Assembly (NCBI RefSeq): GCF_006345805.1
Contig: NC_043015.1
Coordinates: 6,882,001 to 6,946,000 of the forward strand
Length of the DNA: 64,000 nucleotides
Direction of reading: 5' to 3'
DNA from: Octopus sinensis
Lineage: Eukaryota
In this document: positions 1-11,984 of the stretch, one piece after another
How the letters are laid out: each line of letters begins with the position of its first letter
Numbering within the stretch: position 1 is the first letter of the stretch
Made by a program: the position numbers and the translations under genes
The notes under the pieces: model-generated
Database searches by the model: none
Told to the model about the DNA's origin: nothing
What the model saw: only the letters and a program-made list of their open reading frames with translations

Positions 1-15
1 TCTTCTTCACTTTTG

Positions 16-197
<182 letters not shown>

Positions 198-939
198 GTT
201 GGTACGTACGCACTGACTTGAACACATTTTTTTGTCATCGATTTTACAGATTTTAATATATTACCAAATGAAACTTCATGGAATTTCTTAGACATAAACA
301 TGAACATCTGTGTATGTAGACTTCAAAAGAAATGAAAAAGTCTTATTGTCTGTTTTTTTGTTGCCTACACTCATCCACAATTGGCTATGCAGTGGGGTCA
401 CATGAATCTAAAACAAGGTATTGAAGGTTAAGGTAATTCACAGGTGTTTAAAAAACAGAAAGTCAGTAAAAACTTTATCTTCATATATTAAAAAATTATT
501 TTTGCTCTTTTCTTTTAAAAATTACCCTAATGCGGAGAATTCTAGCGACGTGTTTACTAACTACCACAAATCTCATATTCCCAATGTTACGAAAAGAAAA
601 TATTTTATGTCAGCATTGCACGTAAAGGAAAGTTTATCCTTTGCAAATTATGTCGTGGGTGGAACTTAAACACATACAACGCAGCTGAAAGAGCAACTGT
701 TATGCGACACAAACGTAAGTGCGTTTTACCTGATGTCATCACAAACTTATAAGAAAATTATATATTTGTGATTTGCAAAATTACAGGATCTAAACATATG
801 CTCACGAAAGATCAGTCGGAGACAACCTTTGCCTACGTACAATTATACTGTCTATAAGACTGATCAGATTGATTTTCCTGAATTCCTATTACATTTATGT
901 ACCTTTTAAGTGTACAGAAGACTGGAGACAGAACAAATA

Positions 940-1400
940 TAGAAGTTAAACTCGTACGAATGATAAGTGAAATATCATAATACTCTTCGGATACTAAAGA
1001 AAAACCTGCTGCTACATATACAAATCTTGGGTCATTTGCGAAATTATCCATCAGAGTAGTATAGAACATCGAAGAAGAAAAACAGTACAGGGTGCAATGG
1101 TAACAGTTGGCCATGGGTATTGTTGTTTTCAGTGTACTACTAGTGCGGATAATTCGAAGTGTACATCTTTTCCTCGGATGGAAGGACCGACAGGGAGAGT
1201 GATCAAATGGAAACAGAGGGTTCTTTTTCTTGGAAAGATCCAGAGCATCCATTCTCCGCTTTGTTACAATGAAGAAATACAAAATCTGTAATGACTGTAT
1301 TATGTCGGAGACTAAGGGGCAACTTAGAAAACAACTATCCCTCCACATATGACAAACCACAATGAAAGGCAAGGAAATGTGTGAGAAGTTCGATTCCTTG
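940..1400 (+). pseudogene. heavily decayed Penelope-like element C-terminal / GIY-YIG region
   Basis: Stitched + frames give VKYHNTLRILKKNLLL...GCNGNSW and KICNDCIMSETKGQLRKQLSLH, which resembles the PLE C..C...YIGET...L..R...H motif. It lies just upstream of a hammerhead motif, as in PLE pseudo-LTRs. It carries many stops and frameshifts. Confidence 0.35.
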
Positions 1401-1491
1401 GGGTCCTACTGAAATTCACATTTATAAATATTATTTAAATATATATATTTGCGAGGGCTTGGCAAGTATCTCAACTAGCAGGACTTACTAC

Positions 1492-1537
1492 CCTGGACTG
1501 ATGACGGGCAAGACCCAGAAACATGCATGTCTTCAGG
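1492..1537 (+). ncRNA. minimal type I hammerhead ribozyme
   Basis: Stem I CCTGGA(1492-1497)/TTCAGG(1532-1537); core CTGATGA 1498-1504; stem II GGG-caaga-CCC; GAAA 1518-1521; palindromic stem III ACATGCATGT; GTC cleavage triplet with the cut after 1531. Confidence 0.8.
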
Positions 1538-2442
1538 TGCTAATCCTAGCAGGTGGGGGTGCTAGCCTCCCCTTCGCAAATATAAGGACACAGGAAATGT
1601 GTCAAATCCGACAGGAAGCGCCGATGCTTCCTAGGGCTAAATAGCGGTGGTATTTTTTCCCTTTACGGGACTGTCACGTTATGTTGATAGTATACAACCA
1701 CTCTATCGCTCCTCCACCGCTCATGTCTCTTTGAGACATTTAGAAATTCAATATTTCTAATATCATTTAAATATTATTAAAATTATTTCCTTTGATTTTT
1801 ATATAACTTTAAGTTGCTTAAAACTGAGGTGGAACGGACAGAGAAAATGAGTTACTACTTTACAACCCTGCGTAATAGCTAATCCCGTAATAAAATAAGA
1901 CAAAATATCAGACTCAGTGAGAATGACATTGGACATTGATCTCCTTTCGCTCGATGAAAATCTCAGCACACTATGAGAATGTGCTGGATACCACTTGATG
2001 AAATGTAGACGAGTCACGTCTCTGTAGACATAAAAGAATTGATTCGAAACAACGAATCAAATACGCAACTTTGACGTACGCCATGTGCTGAAAGCAAACG
2101 TCTGTATGACTTGATGTGTAATACATGTATTACACAGCACAGTATGTACCATATATTGCATTACTAACTACATATCAGCCGCAGCTGATACACATATAGT
2201 AGTAATTTCAAAGTTTTTTGCTCCAAATATCTGGAGGAGCTGAGCAGAACAATTCAGAAAACAACAAAACACTCTACAATGTTGTGTAAATGAGATGTAG
2301 CTGCTATGTTTAGCTTCCTATAGAAGCTTCGTTGTTAGCTTGAATCAGACTGGTCAGTGTATCTCTCGTGTCTACTTCGCGCTATCCTTTATCTCCAGAA
2401 ACAAACTTATTAGTTAATGCAATTTCATGCATACCCTTTCTT

Positions 2443-2662
2443 TCTCTTTTACTTGTTTCAGTCCTTTGACTGTGGTCATGCTGGAGCACCGCCTTTAACC
2501 GAGAAAATCGACCCCAGGACTTATTCTTTGTAAGCATAGTACTTATTCTATCGTTCTCTTTTGCCGAACAGCTAGGTTACGGGGGCGAAATCACACCAGC
2601 ATCAGTTGTCAAGCGATATTGGGAGGACAAACACAGACACACAAAGATGCAAATACACGCAC

Positions 2663-2693
<31 letters not shown>

Positions 2694-2696
2694 GTA

Positions 2697-2745
<49 letters not shown>

Positions 2746-2898
2746 GACGGGCTTCGTTCAGTTTCCGTCTACCAAATCCAATCACAAGTCTTTGTTCGGC
2801 CCGAGGCTATAGTAGAAGACAATTGCCCAAGGTGCCACGCAGTGGCGCTGAACCCGGAACCATGTGGTTTGTAAGCAAGCTACTTACCACACAGCCAC
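2443..2898 (-). mobile_element. SINE family B (tRNA head, CORE-like segment, internal microsatellite, TAAAAGAG tail)
   Basis: Near full-length copy. Sense head GTGGCTGTGTGGTAAGTAGCTTGC..GGTTC, then GTGGCACCTTGGGCAA (CORE-like), internal (TA)n(TG)n, and tail TGACTGAAACAAGTAAAAAGAG. Many similar copies occur in the window. Confidence 0.85.
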
Positions 2899-3835
2899 AT
2901 GAATATAAACGTCTCTGATCATAAATCAGTTCTATGAGGGCTGACCTGGGGCGAAAAACAGATACGAGACTCCTGATAGAAAAAAAAAATTATATTTCAT
3001 GTTTATGCTCTTTTCGTTTTTTAGTTTTTTTCTTTTTTTCCTTTAGTTAATGATCTATTCTTCAAACTTTTGATGTTCATGCCAACCAAAGACGTCGTAT
3101 ATTTTTACAGAAACAATGTCTTAAGTGATTAAATAATACAATGACACATTGTGAAATCTGATAAGTTAATCAAGAAAATAATAAAAACAGAAGTAAATAA
3201 GAATGTAATAAGAACTGAAAACTGGATAAACGTGCAAAATAAATAGCATTAGCTCGCATATTCTCATTATCTGTCATAAAGGAAATTCGAAAAGAGAAAA
3301 AACAAAACCCACGTAATTTCATTTCTATTCGGAAGTTGGTTTTTCTTTTCTGTAAAAATCGTCATGAGAGCTTTGAAAGAATTTATTTCGTTTCAGACCT
3401 TCATATTAATTATAGCAGTATATTATAAGGCTGTGGCGACAATGGAAAAGAAGAGAAGACGAATACAATATGCATACACACGAACACATGCATACACTCA
3501 TACATACATATATATATATATATATATACATACATACATGCATTCGAGTGGGTGGGTAAGTATGTATATACATACAGCCATGAATACATACATACATGGA
3601 GAAAAAAACCCATTCATTTGTGAGTGCGCTCTACATTCAAACTGAAGCATTAATAATTGAATATAATTAAAATATGATAGATAATGCCATTATGTCAGTG
3701 TCAAAGATAAATATTTCGTTGGTATATCGGGAACAGTTCTTAATGCACATATTTCACAAAAAGATCACTGCAATGGTAAAAACTTCAAATTTTGGTTCCA
3801 TAATATATAAGTATATGATCGATATACTGTATATT

Positions 3836-4252
3836 TATTTATCTGTTGCCCGCAGGGAGTTAAACAAAGAGGGACAAACAAGGACAGACAAAGGGATTAA
3901 GTCGATTATATCGACCCCAGTGCGCAACTGGTACTTAATTTATCGATCCCGAAAGGATGAAAGGCAAAGTCGACCTCGGCGGAGTTTGAACTCAGAACGT
4001 AAAGACAGACGATATACCTATTTCTTTACTACCCACATGGGGCTAAACACAGAGGGGACAAACAACAACAGACAAACGGATTAAGTCGATTACATCGACC
4101 CCAGTGCGTAACTGGTACTTATTTAATCGATCCCGAAAGGATGAAATGCAAAGTCGACCTCGGCGGAATTTGAACTGAGAACTTAACGGCAGATGAAATG
4201 CTGCTAAGCATTTCGTCCGGCATGCGAACGATTATGCCAGCTCACCACCGCC
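3836..4252 (-). mobile_element. SINE family A dimer
   Basis: Two body+tail units joined at 4018|4019 (GATATACC|TATTTC on +), with a single tRNA-like head at ~4195-4252. Confidence 0.85.
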
Positions 4253-4999
4253 CTATCATAAACATATATTTAAAAATGTACTATTTGCAAGAATATTCTC
4301 GGTATATCTATTAATACAAATAATCCTATAAAAACTACCATTATTATGGGTGAGCTGCCAGAATTGTTCACATGCCGTCTCAAAATTCATTGTACTTAGA
4401 ACGTCTTTATGTTCTGGGTTCTAATCCCACCGAAGTCGACTTCGTCTTTTATTCTTTCGGAGACGATAAAGTAAGTATCAATACAACGCCGAATTTGATG
4501 GCCATGTGACAAACTTTAAAATTATTATTCATATCAGCAGCAGCAGCATGTTCTACTTATGAGTTTACTTATCATGAGGATTTCTGAATGAAGAGAAAGG
4601 TTTATTGTATATAATATTAAGCATATACGAAAGGCAATCTATATTTCATGGCGTGTCGTTTACAACATTGCTAATCTACTCATAATTTTCTCTCTATCAC
4701 CTCTGATTAAGGCAATCTAAACCTCAATCTACAGTTCACTCTCAACATCTACATATATATATATATCTACATTTAAGATGTACACGCACACATATTTACG
4801 TGTGTCTGTTGTGTCTATGTTTTTATGTGTGTCTATGTGTCTATACACACACCCAAACATATACATATATTTGAGAGTTATGCGTGATGCATGTATATGT
4901 GTGTGCTTGTGTGTATATATATCTATATGTATGTGTGTGTATAGGTTTATTTACATATATATATGTGTGTGTATGTATGTATGTATGTATGTATATATA

Positions 5000-5546
5000 G
5001 TGGACCATCCCATAAATAATGTGCACTTTTTTCAATTGCATGTCCTAAAAGTCGGAGGGAGACCGGATAAACTACTTGAGTCAACTATCTATAAAAGCAG
5101 ATACAAGTTTTGAAGAGTGTAGTTCGATTTTAACAGATATCTTTTTAAAGGTGCATATTCAGCATATTTTGGTTTATGAGTTCAATAAAGGCAACAAAGC
5201 AACAGAAAGTTCGGGGAATATCAATGCAATATATAGGGATCGGACAATCAGAGTAAGCCACTGTCAACGGTGGTTACAGAAATTCAAGTCGGAAACTACA
5301 TCTTCGGAGACGAACCACGTCCTGAAAGATATGTAGAGCTCGACGAGGATGTCCTGCAAACCCTGGTGGAGTAAAATTCCATCTTAATTATTGAGGAACT
5401 TGCAGAGAAGCTTGGATTTGGTCTTTCAACCATTCATCGACACCAACATGACATCTGAAAATCGGCAACTTGGGCAATGGGTTCTTCACAAACGTTCCGA
5501 GTTGAATCTCACACAGAGTGAATGTGTGCTCTTCTCTGCTGTCACG
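5000..5546 (+). mobile_element. mariner (Tc1/mariner) transposon 5' remnant with degenerate transposase N-terminus
   Basis: HIQHILVYEFNKGNKATES..NINAIY...CQRWLQKFK (HTH), then EPRP..VELDEDVLQTLVE*..EELAEKLGF and GQWVLH (5472-5489, WVPH-like motif). A TIR-like 5' end lies near 5000, and the element is truncated at a (TA)n run. Confidence 0.85.
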
Positions 5547-5622
<76 letters not shown>

Positions 5623-6124
5623 CTGTGTAAATTTAAACACATAAGAGATGACCATCATAGGACACCTAACACGCTAGAAGGAGTAACCAAAACTCAAACC
5701 ACTAATAGGGATATATTTCGAAGGGAATGAAAAATATAAACATTCACCATCTATCCCCTGGACCATGGTTTCCCACCCTAAATTAGTAATAAAGTAATTT
5801 GCTAGGCGGAGCTCTCAGCAGCAAGGACGCCAAGATTAACATATAAATACGAGGCAATACAGTGCATGCCTCGTGCTTACATATCATAATTTTTTCATAC
5901 CCACCGCGCAGGCGCAGTTTTTTGTCGGCAGCAAATAAAAATAATGCATACTTGCTTCGAAAATTTGCTAAAAATTATTAATAATACTGTCCTGATATTT
6001 ATTAATGCATATATATGTGTGTGTTTGCGTGTGGAGAAAGAGAGAGAGAGAGAAGGAAAATAATAACAAAATTAGAAAATCTAATATCTGTGATTGCTCA
6101 AGAGATAGATAATATTATTTAAAC

Positions 6125-6481
6125 TTCGAATGTAAGAGTGAAAATGTGCTTTGTAGGTGTAAAGTTACATCAGAAGACAAAAGGAATTTCTACATGTCTC
6201 ACGTATTATTAAACAATGAAAAGCTAATCACGAAAAGTCTTTGAGGACAAGGACAAGGAAATTACACTAGTCTAAGTAAATTAAATTGGTTGCTGAAAGG
6301 TTGTAACAAAATATATTCAATTGGATGGGATATCATTAGTAAGGATAAACCTTATATAATAGGAGGTTAGAGATGCGACTCTTGCGTAGAAGAAATGTAC
6401 CAAATTTTTATTTGTAAATTTAATCCAATAAACACAAGACAAGAACGTGCTCTAAGATGCTTTCATGCAAGTAAGTTGTGA
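6125..6481 (+). pseudogene. Penelope-like element (Naiad-type) GIY-YIG endonuclease / C-terminus remnant
   Basis: Across frames: ECKSENVLCRCKVTSEDKRNFYM; NYTSLSKLNWLLKGCNKIYSIGWDIISKDKPYIIGG*RCDSCVEEMYQI...NTRQERALRCFHASKL. This matches the PLE C-terminal pattern T.LSK.IW.LK...W.I...C..C..E...N.R.E...C.H. Confidence 0.7.
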
Positions 6482-6639
6482 AAACAAGAAGCGAAATTAG
6501 ATCAAACTTGATTGAAAAGCTCTAAACTAAGAATATTCTCTTTGGAATTAGTGTAATGGTAAACTTCTAATAGTAATGACAAATCTATTTTTTTAAAATG
6601 TTTACATTTGGCGGATATTTGTCTTCATGTTGTTTATGC

Positions 6640-6690
6640 ATAACACGTTTCGCCTGATATACTCTCCAGCCTTCATCAGGTGTCTTGGGG
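6640..6690 (-). ncRNA. decayed minimal hammerhead motif downstream of a PLE endonuclease
   Basis: The minus strand reads AGACAC-CTGATGA-A-GGCTGG-agagtata-TCAGGC-GAAAC-GTGTT. The core and stem I partners (GACAC/GTGTT) are present. Stem II has a mismatch and there is no room for stem III or the cleavage triplet. Confidence 0.5.
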
Positions 6691-6733
6691 AAATTTCGAA
6701 CCTGGGTTCTCATTCGTAAAGAATTTTTCGAGG

Positions 6734-6784
<51 letters not shown>

Positions 6785-6789
6785 TCACT

Positions 6790-7151
6790 GCCTGCACTCG
6801 GTCTGCTTAGGAGGATGTTGTGTTCTAGCATATGTGCTGCTTCTTTCTGTTTTCGTATTTTCCGGGGGTGGTTTTTGTCTATTATTTTAACTTCATCCTA
6901 CAGGAGGAGGTGGTCACCATTTTCCATACATGATTAGCTATACCCGATTTATAAATATCTACTTGTATCACAGATTTCCGATGTTCTTCTATCTTTATTT
7001 TGAGGGGGCGGAATGTTTCGCCTTTGTATAACCTACCACAGCTGCATGGCATGGAATACACGCAGTTTTTGGTCATATTCTCTTCTATTGGCGGTTTTAC
7101 TTGAAAGATATTTGCGAAGTGTTGTATTACTTCAAATAGGAGCGGGGTCAA
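6790..7151 (-). pseudogene. Penelope-like element GIY-YIG endonuclease fragment
   Basis: ORF 6882..7151: VKPPIEENMTKNCVYSMPCSCGRLYKGETFRPLKIKIEEHRK...KSGIANHVW. After a frameshift it continues as GDHLLLYDEVKII...KEAAHML. Confidence 0.85.
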
Positions 7152-7322
7152 TACAGGGATGATGCACTTTCCAACCTGATTAACGCTTCAAACCTAGAGA
7201 TAGGGTGGTATAGAGAGTTATTTTTTAATTCTTAAAGAACCTGGAATTATCCATATCACTAGAAGAACGAACACAACTGAGTCAAATTTCTTGATGTTAC
7301 TTTAGATTTATGTGCAGGGATA
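7152..7322 (+). pseudogene. Penelope-like element reverse transcriptase fragment
   Basis: YRDDAL at 7152-7169 (catalytic motif) and KFLDVTLDL around 7284-7310, spaced as in PLE RTs (GLYRDDGL...NFLDVTLDL). Internal stops are present. Confidence 0.65.
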
Positions 7323-8125
7323 TATGTAACTAAATGTATGTTTATGAATACATATGTGACATATGTGTGTGTACAAACACATACACACACACAAACATAC
7401 ATGTATATGTATATATATATATTAGCACAGACATCTGAGAGTGTAAAGATAGGTGTTTAGAGTTTAAACCAGTCAAAAGATACTGGACAACTTATCTATA
7501 GTATATCGCATAGAAACTATCACAAACACATATAAGTGATTAAAATTAAGCGTGAATAGTTCATTAGTTGTACGCAGTAGAAATAAACCACGGAAAACAA
7601 ATCATTGATAAATTACTTGTGCGCTACTAACGCACGTCCCTTCAACGACAACTATTCATACATTGTCATCATGCCTTCTCTATACTGCCTACCTTCCGGT
7701 CTATCCCTCACTTATTAGGTATTGTCTAAAAGATAATATATTTAGCGATCAATTAAAAACATAACTGTCCGTCACACGCTTTGTAAAATACACACTAAAG
7801 CCAGTGCCTTTCATGCGCTGTCTTTGGTGTGTTTAATTCATCTCATCTGATTGATATATAGATATGCACACACACACACACACACACACACGACTTCTGG
7901 CCGGAATCAGATCGCCATGTTGAATCGCTAGCTTCTGCACGCATTCTTTTTCTCTCCTTGTTTCTCTCCGTGTTTCTTTTCTGTGTATCTTTCTGTTGAA
8001 GAGCGTAGGCTCGAAACGTAAAAGACTTGTTTTATTTATATTCATGAGCGCCATACTAATACAATTGTTTGTTTGTTTGTACTCCACCTGCCTTCGTCTT
8101 TTGTTCATTTTCATAAAGCTTCCCG

Positions 8126-8164
<39 letters not shown>

Positions 8165-8201
8165 TATATGTACATATATATGTGTGTGTGTTCATATCTG
8201 T

Positions 8202-8235
<34 letters not shown>

Positions 8236-8702
8236 GTACATATATGCACACACACACATATATACGTACAGATATGATTATATGAACGTATTGACATACA
8301 TATAAGCACGCACGTATTTTTATATGTATACATGCATGTGTTCAAACGTTATATGCTTGTACGGTTGTGTTTGTATGTAGGTGTGATCGTATATATATAT
8401 AAGAATAGAACGAAAAGGGAGGCAAGGAGAGAGAAAGATAGAGAGTGAGAGAGTTAAAAGACGGAGCACAGAATGAGAAAGGCAAAAGAAGAGAAAAAGC
8501 TTATTAATTTACTCTAGGTTGAAAAGTATTCAGGAAAGACTAATCGAAATTTAATTGTAGCTTATGTGCATGACCAGGTAATTAACGATGAGTGTTTTAA
8601 TTAAGATAAGGGATTGTTTCCAATTGTTAAAATACAACATATAGATACACATTAGTGCAACTATATGTGTGTTTATGAATATATATATGCAAACTTACAT
8701 AC

Positions 8703-8747
<45 letters not shown>

Positions 8748-8961
8748 ATATATATACACATATAGCTACATATATACATACAAATATATAGCTATATATA
8801 TGTGTGTGTGTGTGTATGCATACGCAGATATACACATATATATGCATTTGTATAGTATGGTCTTGTCTTCATTGGCTTGTGAATAGAATAATGCAAATAT
8901 CATTTATTTTATTCTCAAAATGGCTCCTCTTCACAGTATATATATATATATATAATATATG

Positions 8962-9024
<63 letters not shown>

Positions 9025-9709
9025 TTGTATGTATGTATGCTTCCTTAATTACATTCTTTGAATTTCTCTTCATTATCAGTGACAAATTAGAAATCTTTTA
9101 TCATTAGCCATGGGTACGGAAAAAATAGCAAAATATTTCCTGTTCTACACACATACACAAATACACGCATATAAAACAAGGTACGCACTGGCACGAACGT
9201 GCAGGGGAAAAATTCAAATAATGAGAAATTTTGCTCATTAATTTTTTCCTTCTTTGGTTTTATTGTTAAGGCTTACGCTATTTTACTCATTTCTTTCTTT
9301 TTTTATCTTTATTAACAGAGAGTTCGCTCTAGAGATTGTATATGTTTGTGTTTGTGTGATTGTGCGTTAGTGGATAATAGGATGTGTGTGTGGAAATGTG
9401 TGTGTGTATAAGTGTTCGCAGCAATTTTCAGTGTTAAAAATGGGCGATATTTTTCTCTAAGTTACGCATAAACCAGAAAGGATCTCCATTCTCAAAAAGG
9501 TTTGATCCAGTGATACTCATCAGGATCCATGTGGTCCCAGGGCGTCCGTATAAGATTTTCTTCTTTTTTTTGTGGTGGCGTCTTCATAACGAAATAATGG
9601 ATTGGAGATCGACAATTGTACTTTAAGGGCCCCTGAAATTATTTGCTTTAGATGTATGCACTGGTTTGTTTGCAAGAAGGGGATGGGTTTTACCTTTTTT
9701 TTGTGTGTA

Positions 9710-9773
<64 letters not shown>

Positions 9774-9860
9774 CGTGTTGGCAGTAATATCTAGTGTTAC
9801 AAATTGACGATGTTTTCCTACGATACGCATAAGATCAGAAATATCCAGGAAAGTTTGACC

Positions 9861-10207
9861 CACTGATTCACAATCGGTGCCATATGGCACCTGATGGTCC
9901 GTATAAGATTTTGTGCTATCCACACAATGAAATGATAAAGTGGAAATCCACAATTTTATTTTAAGCGCCCCTGAAAAAGATTGCTTTATATATATATGCA
10001 TTGGTAGGTATTACAAGAAACAGCTAGGTTTCTTTCTATAACATTTTACGAAATTCAACCTACACAATGTGTGAAAATCAAAATAGGTATTTTGAAAGAA
10101 GGATCTATAAAACTAGTTTTTAAAAATCAACGCGCGATGGGGGTCCACCAGAGTAAAATATTAATCGAAAAGGTCCATAGGTAAAAAAAAATGGTTGAGA
10201 ATCGCTG
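9861..10207. mobile_element. old MITE with CAG...CTG-type termini (hAT-like); truncated second copy at 9508-9680
   Basis: 5' CACTGATTCACAATC versus the reverse complement of the 3' end, CAGCGATTCTCAACC (11/15 match). Internal GTCCGTATAAGATTTT and GCCCCTGAAA motifs are shared with 9508-9680. No TSD is recognisable. Confidence 0.5.
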
Positions 10208-10340
10208 ATTTAGGCGAATATTAGAAGACAATTGCTTGACAAAAATTGACAATGAGAAACGAAAACGCACGCATCCATTTCTAAGTAAGACTGTTCTTTA
10301 TATATATATATATATATATATATAAAAACAAGAATTCTTA

Positions 10341-10472
10341 TGAGTATAATTATAATTAGGGTTTAGCAAAGAAATTTGCTTCACCACATAGCGAAATTTA
10401 AAAATAGCAGCCAACACTCGCTATTTCTCTACCAAAAGAAAATCTTCCAAACCCTGATTATAATTATGCTCA
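10341..10472. mobile_element. 132-bp MITE with TA target-site duplication
   Basis: TATGAGTATAATTATAATTAGGGTTT (10339-10364) is the inverted match of 10449-10474, with 2 mismatches in 26. TA is present at both ends. Confidence 0.75.
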
Positions 10473-11984
10473 TAATTATAAGAAATTTTGTTTAAGTTTT
10501 ACCGACAATGGTTCTTTTAACTTACCGAACTACTTGGTAAAATTATTAATTAATTAATTAATTAATTAATTAATTAATTAATTTTTCCCTTTACCATCTA
10601 TCTATCTCTTTTCCGTAACTTTTTTTTCACTTGCGGTACACATATTTTAACTAAAAGCATATCTAAAACTATATGGAAAACTATTATATGTGCTGTCTTT
10701 GTGTATTCAGTTCGTGCATTTAAGAAAATATTCTGAAAGACTGGTAAGGAAATTTGATGCTAAATATCGAGCAATTCCTGGATTACAGATTTCTAAACCT
10801 ACAATATATTCTGCATAGTATGTTCTCTGTCTTTTATACATTCATATACGCACATATATACATATATTGTGTGAACATACGTGTCTGTCTGTCTATGTAT
10901 GTATGTATGTATTTGAGAGATTGCAGTTGTGCTACAGATTAAATCTATTGTAACCAATTACGCATGTGTCGGCTTTCACTTTGCAAGTGTAACTGTGTAT
11001 GGTTGTTCTATATATATATATCTATATATATATATATATATATATATATAGATATATATATATGCATATGTGGTGTATGCGCGTCTTTATGTATGCATAT
11101 TCATACATACATCCATGTATGTTCATTATATATTTTAATATTTGTGAATAGTTTGATAACAATGCATATGTACCTGGGCGAACGTTTGCGCATCAGTGCG
11201 TGTGAGCCAGCATATACGAGATTATCTCCATGTGTTAGCAGGAAGAGGGAACATTATTTATCCCCAGTGAATTGTACGAAGAAATTCGAACGAAGTCCAT
11301 GGCTTTCATTTTGTATCTCATACAAAGAAAGTGTCTTGAAGCCCTCCGAGAGGAAATTCTGTGAATATACTGAGAGAACACATAATAAACTTAGAATGGG
11401 TCTTTCTTTTATATTTATCTAAGCAAATTATATCTGATAAATGAGCGAAGAAATATGCCTGTGCGGTCATTGGCAAAAGTTCACGGTGGTGCCTATTATA
11501 ACAAAGAAAAACCAAAAATGTTTTCAATAGCTTTATCTGCATTGTTGGCGTGGGGAAGCAACGTAAAGACCCTTTCTAAGAATACCGATAATGGGAAGAA
11601 TTCATAACCAAACCGAAGACCTGGGCGGATTTATTTCAATGGTGGACTACACTAAATGCACATATGTCTCTTTTGCTTTTGTAAAATTATAAAATAAATC
11701 TCGTTCTACTGAATATAATTCATCAAAGACACAAGGCTTAAAATTTGTAGGAGAGATTAGTCAATGCTAAAATGCTTCTGCAGTTGACCTTGGAAGTATG
11801 AAGGGCAAAGCTGAGCTTCATGGGATTTGAAATTAGAATGTAAAAAGCCGACAGCAAGATGACGATCTACGATGCATCAGTAAATGCTGTGCATAACAGA
11901 GACATGATACCTAACTATTAATTAGGAGATGGTTATTAGATACTATTGATTTACAATCTTGATACGAGGCCAGCAATTTTGGGA

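Noticed and set aside
833-1372. 179-aa minus-strand ORF as a gene or transposase
   Set aside because: It has no recognisable domain, and the opposite strand shows better (though decayed) PLE-like motifs.
6125-6481. Selenocysteine recoding in the Naiad-type PLE
   Set aside because: The in-frame stops seen are not TGA at the conserved Cys positions (those are TGC), so they look like ordinary decay.
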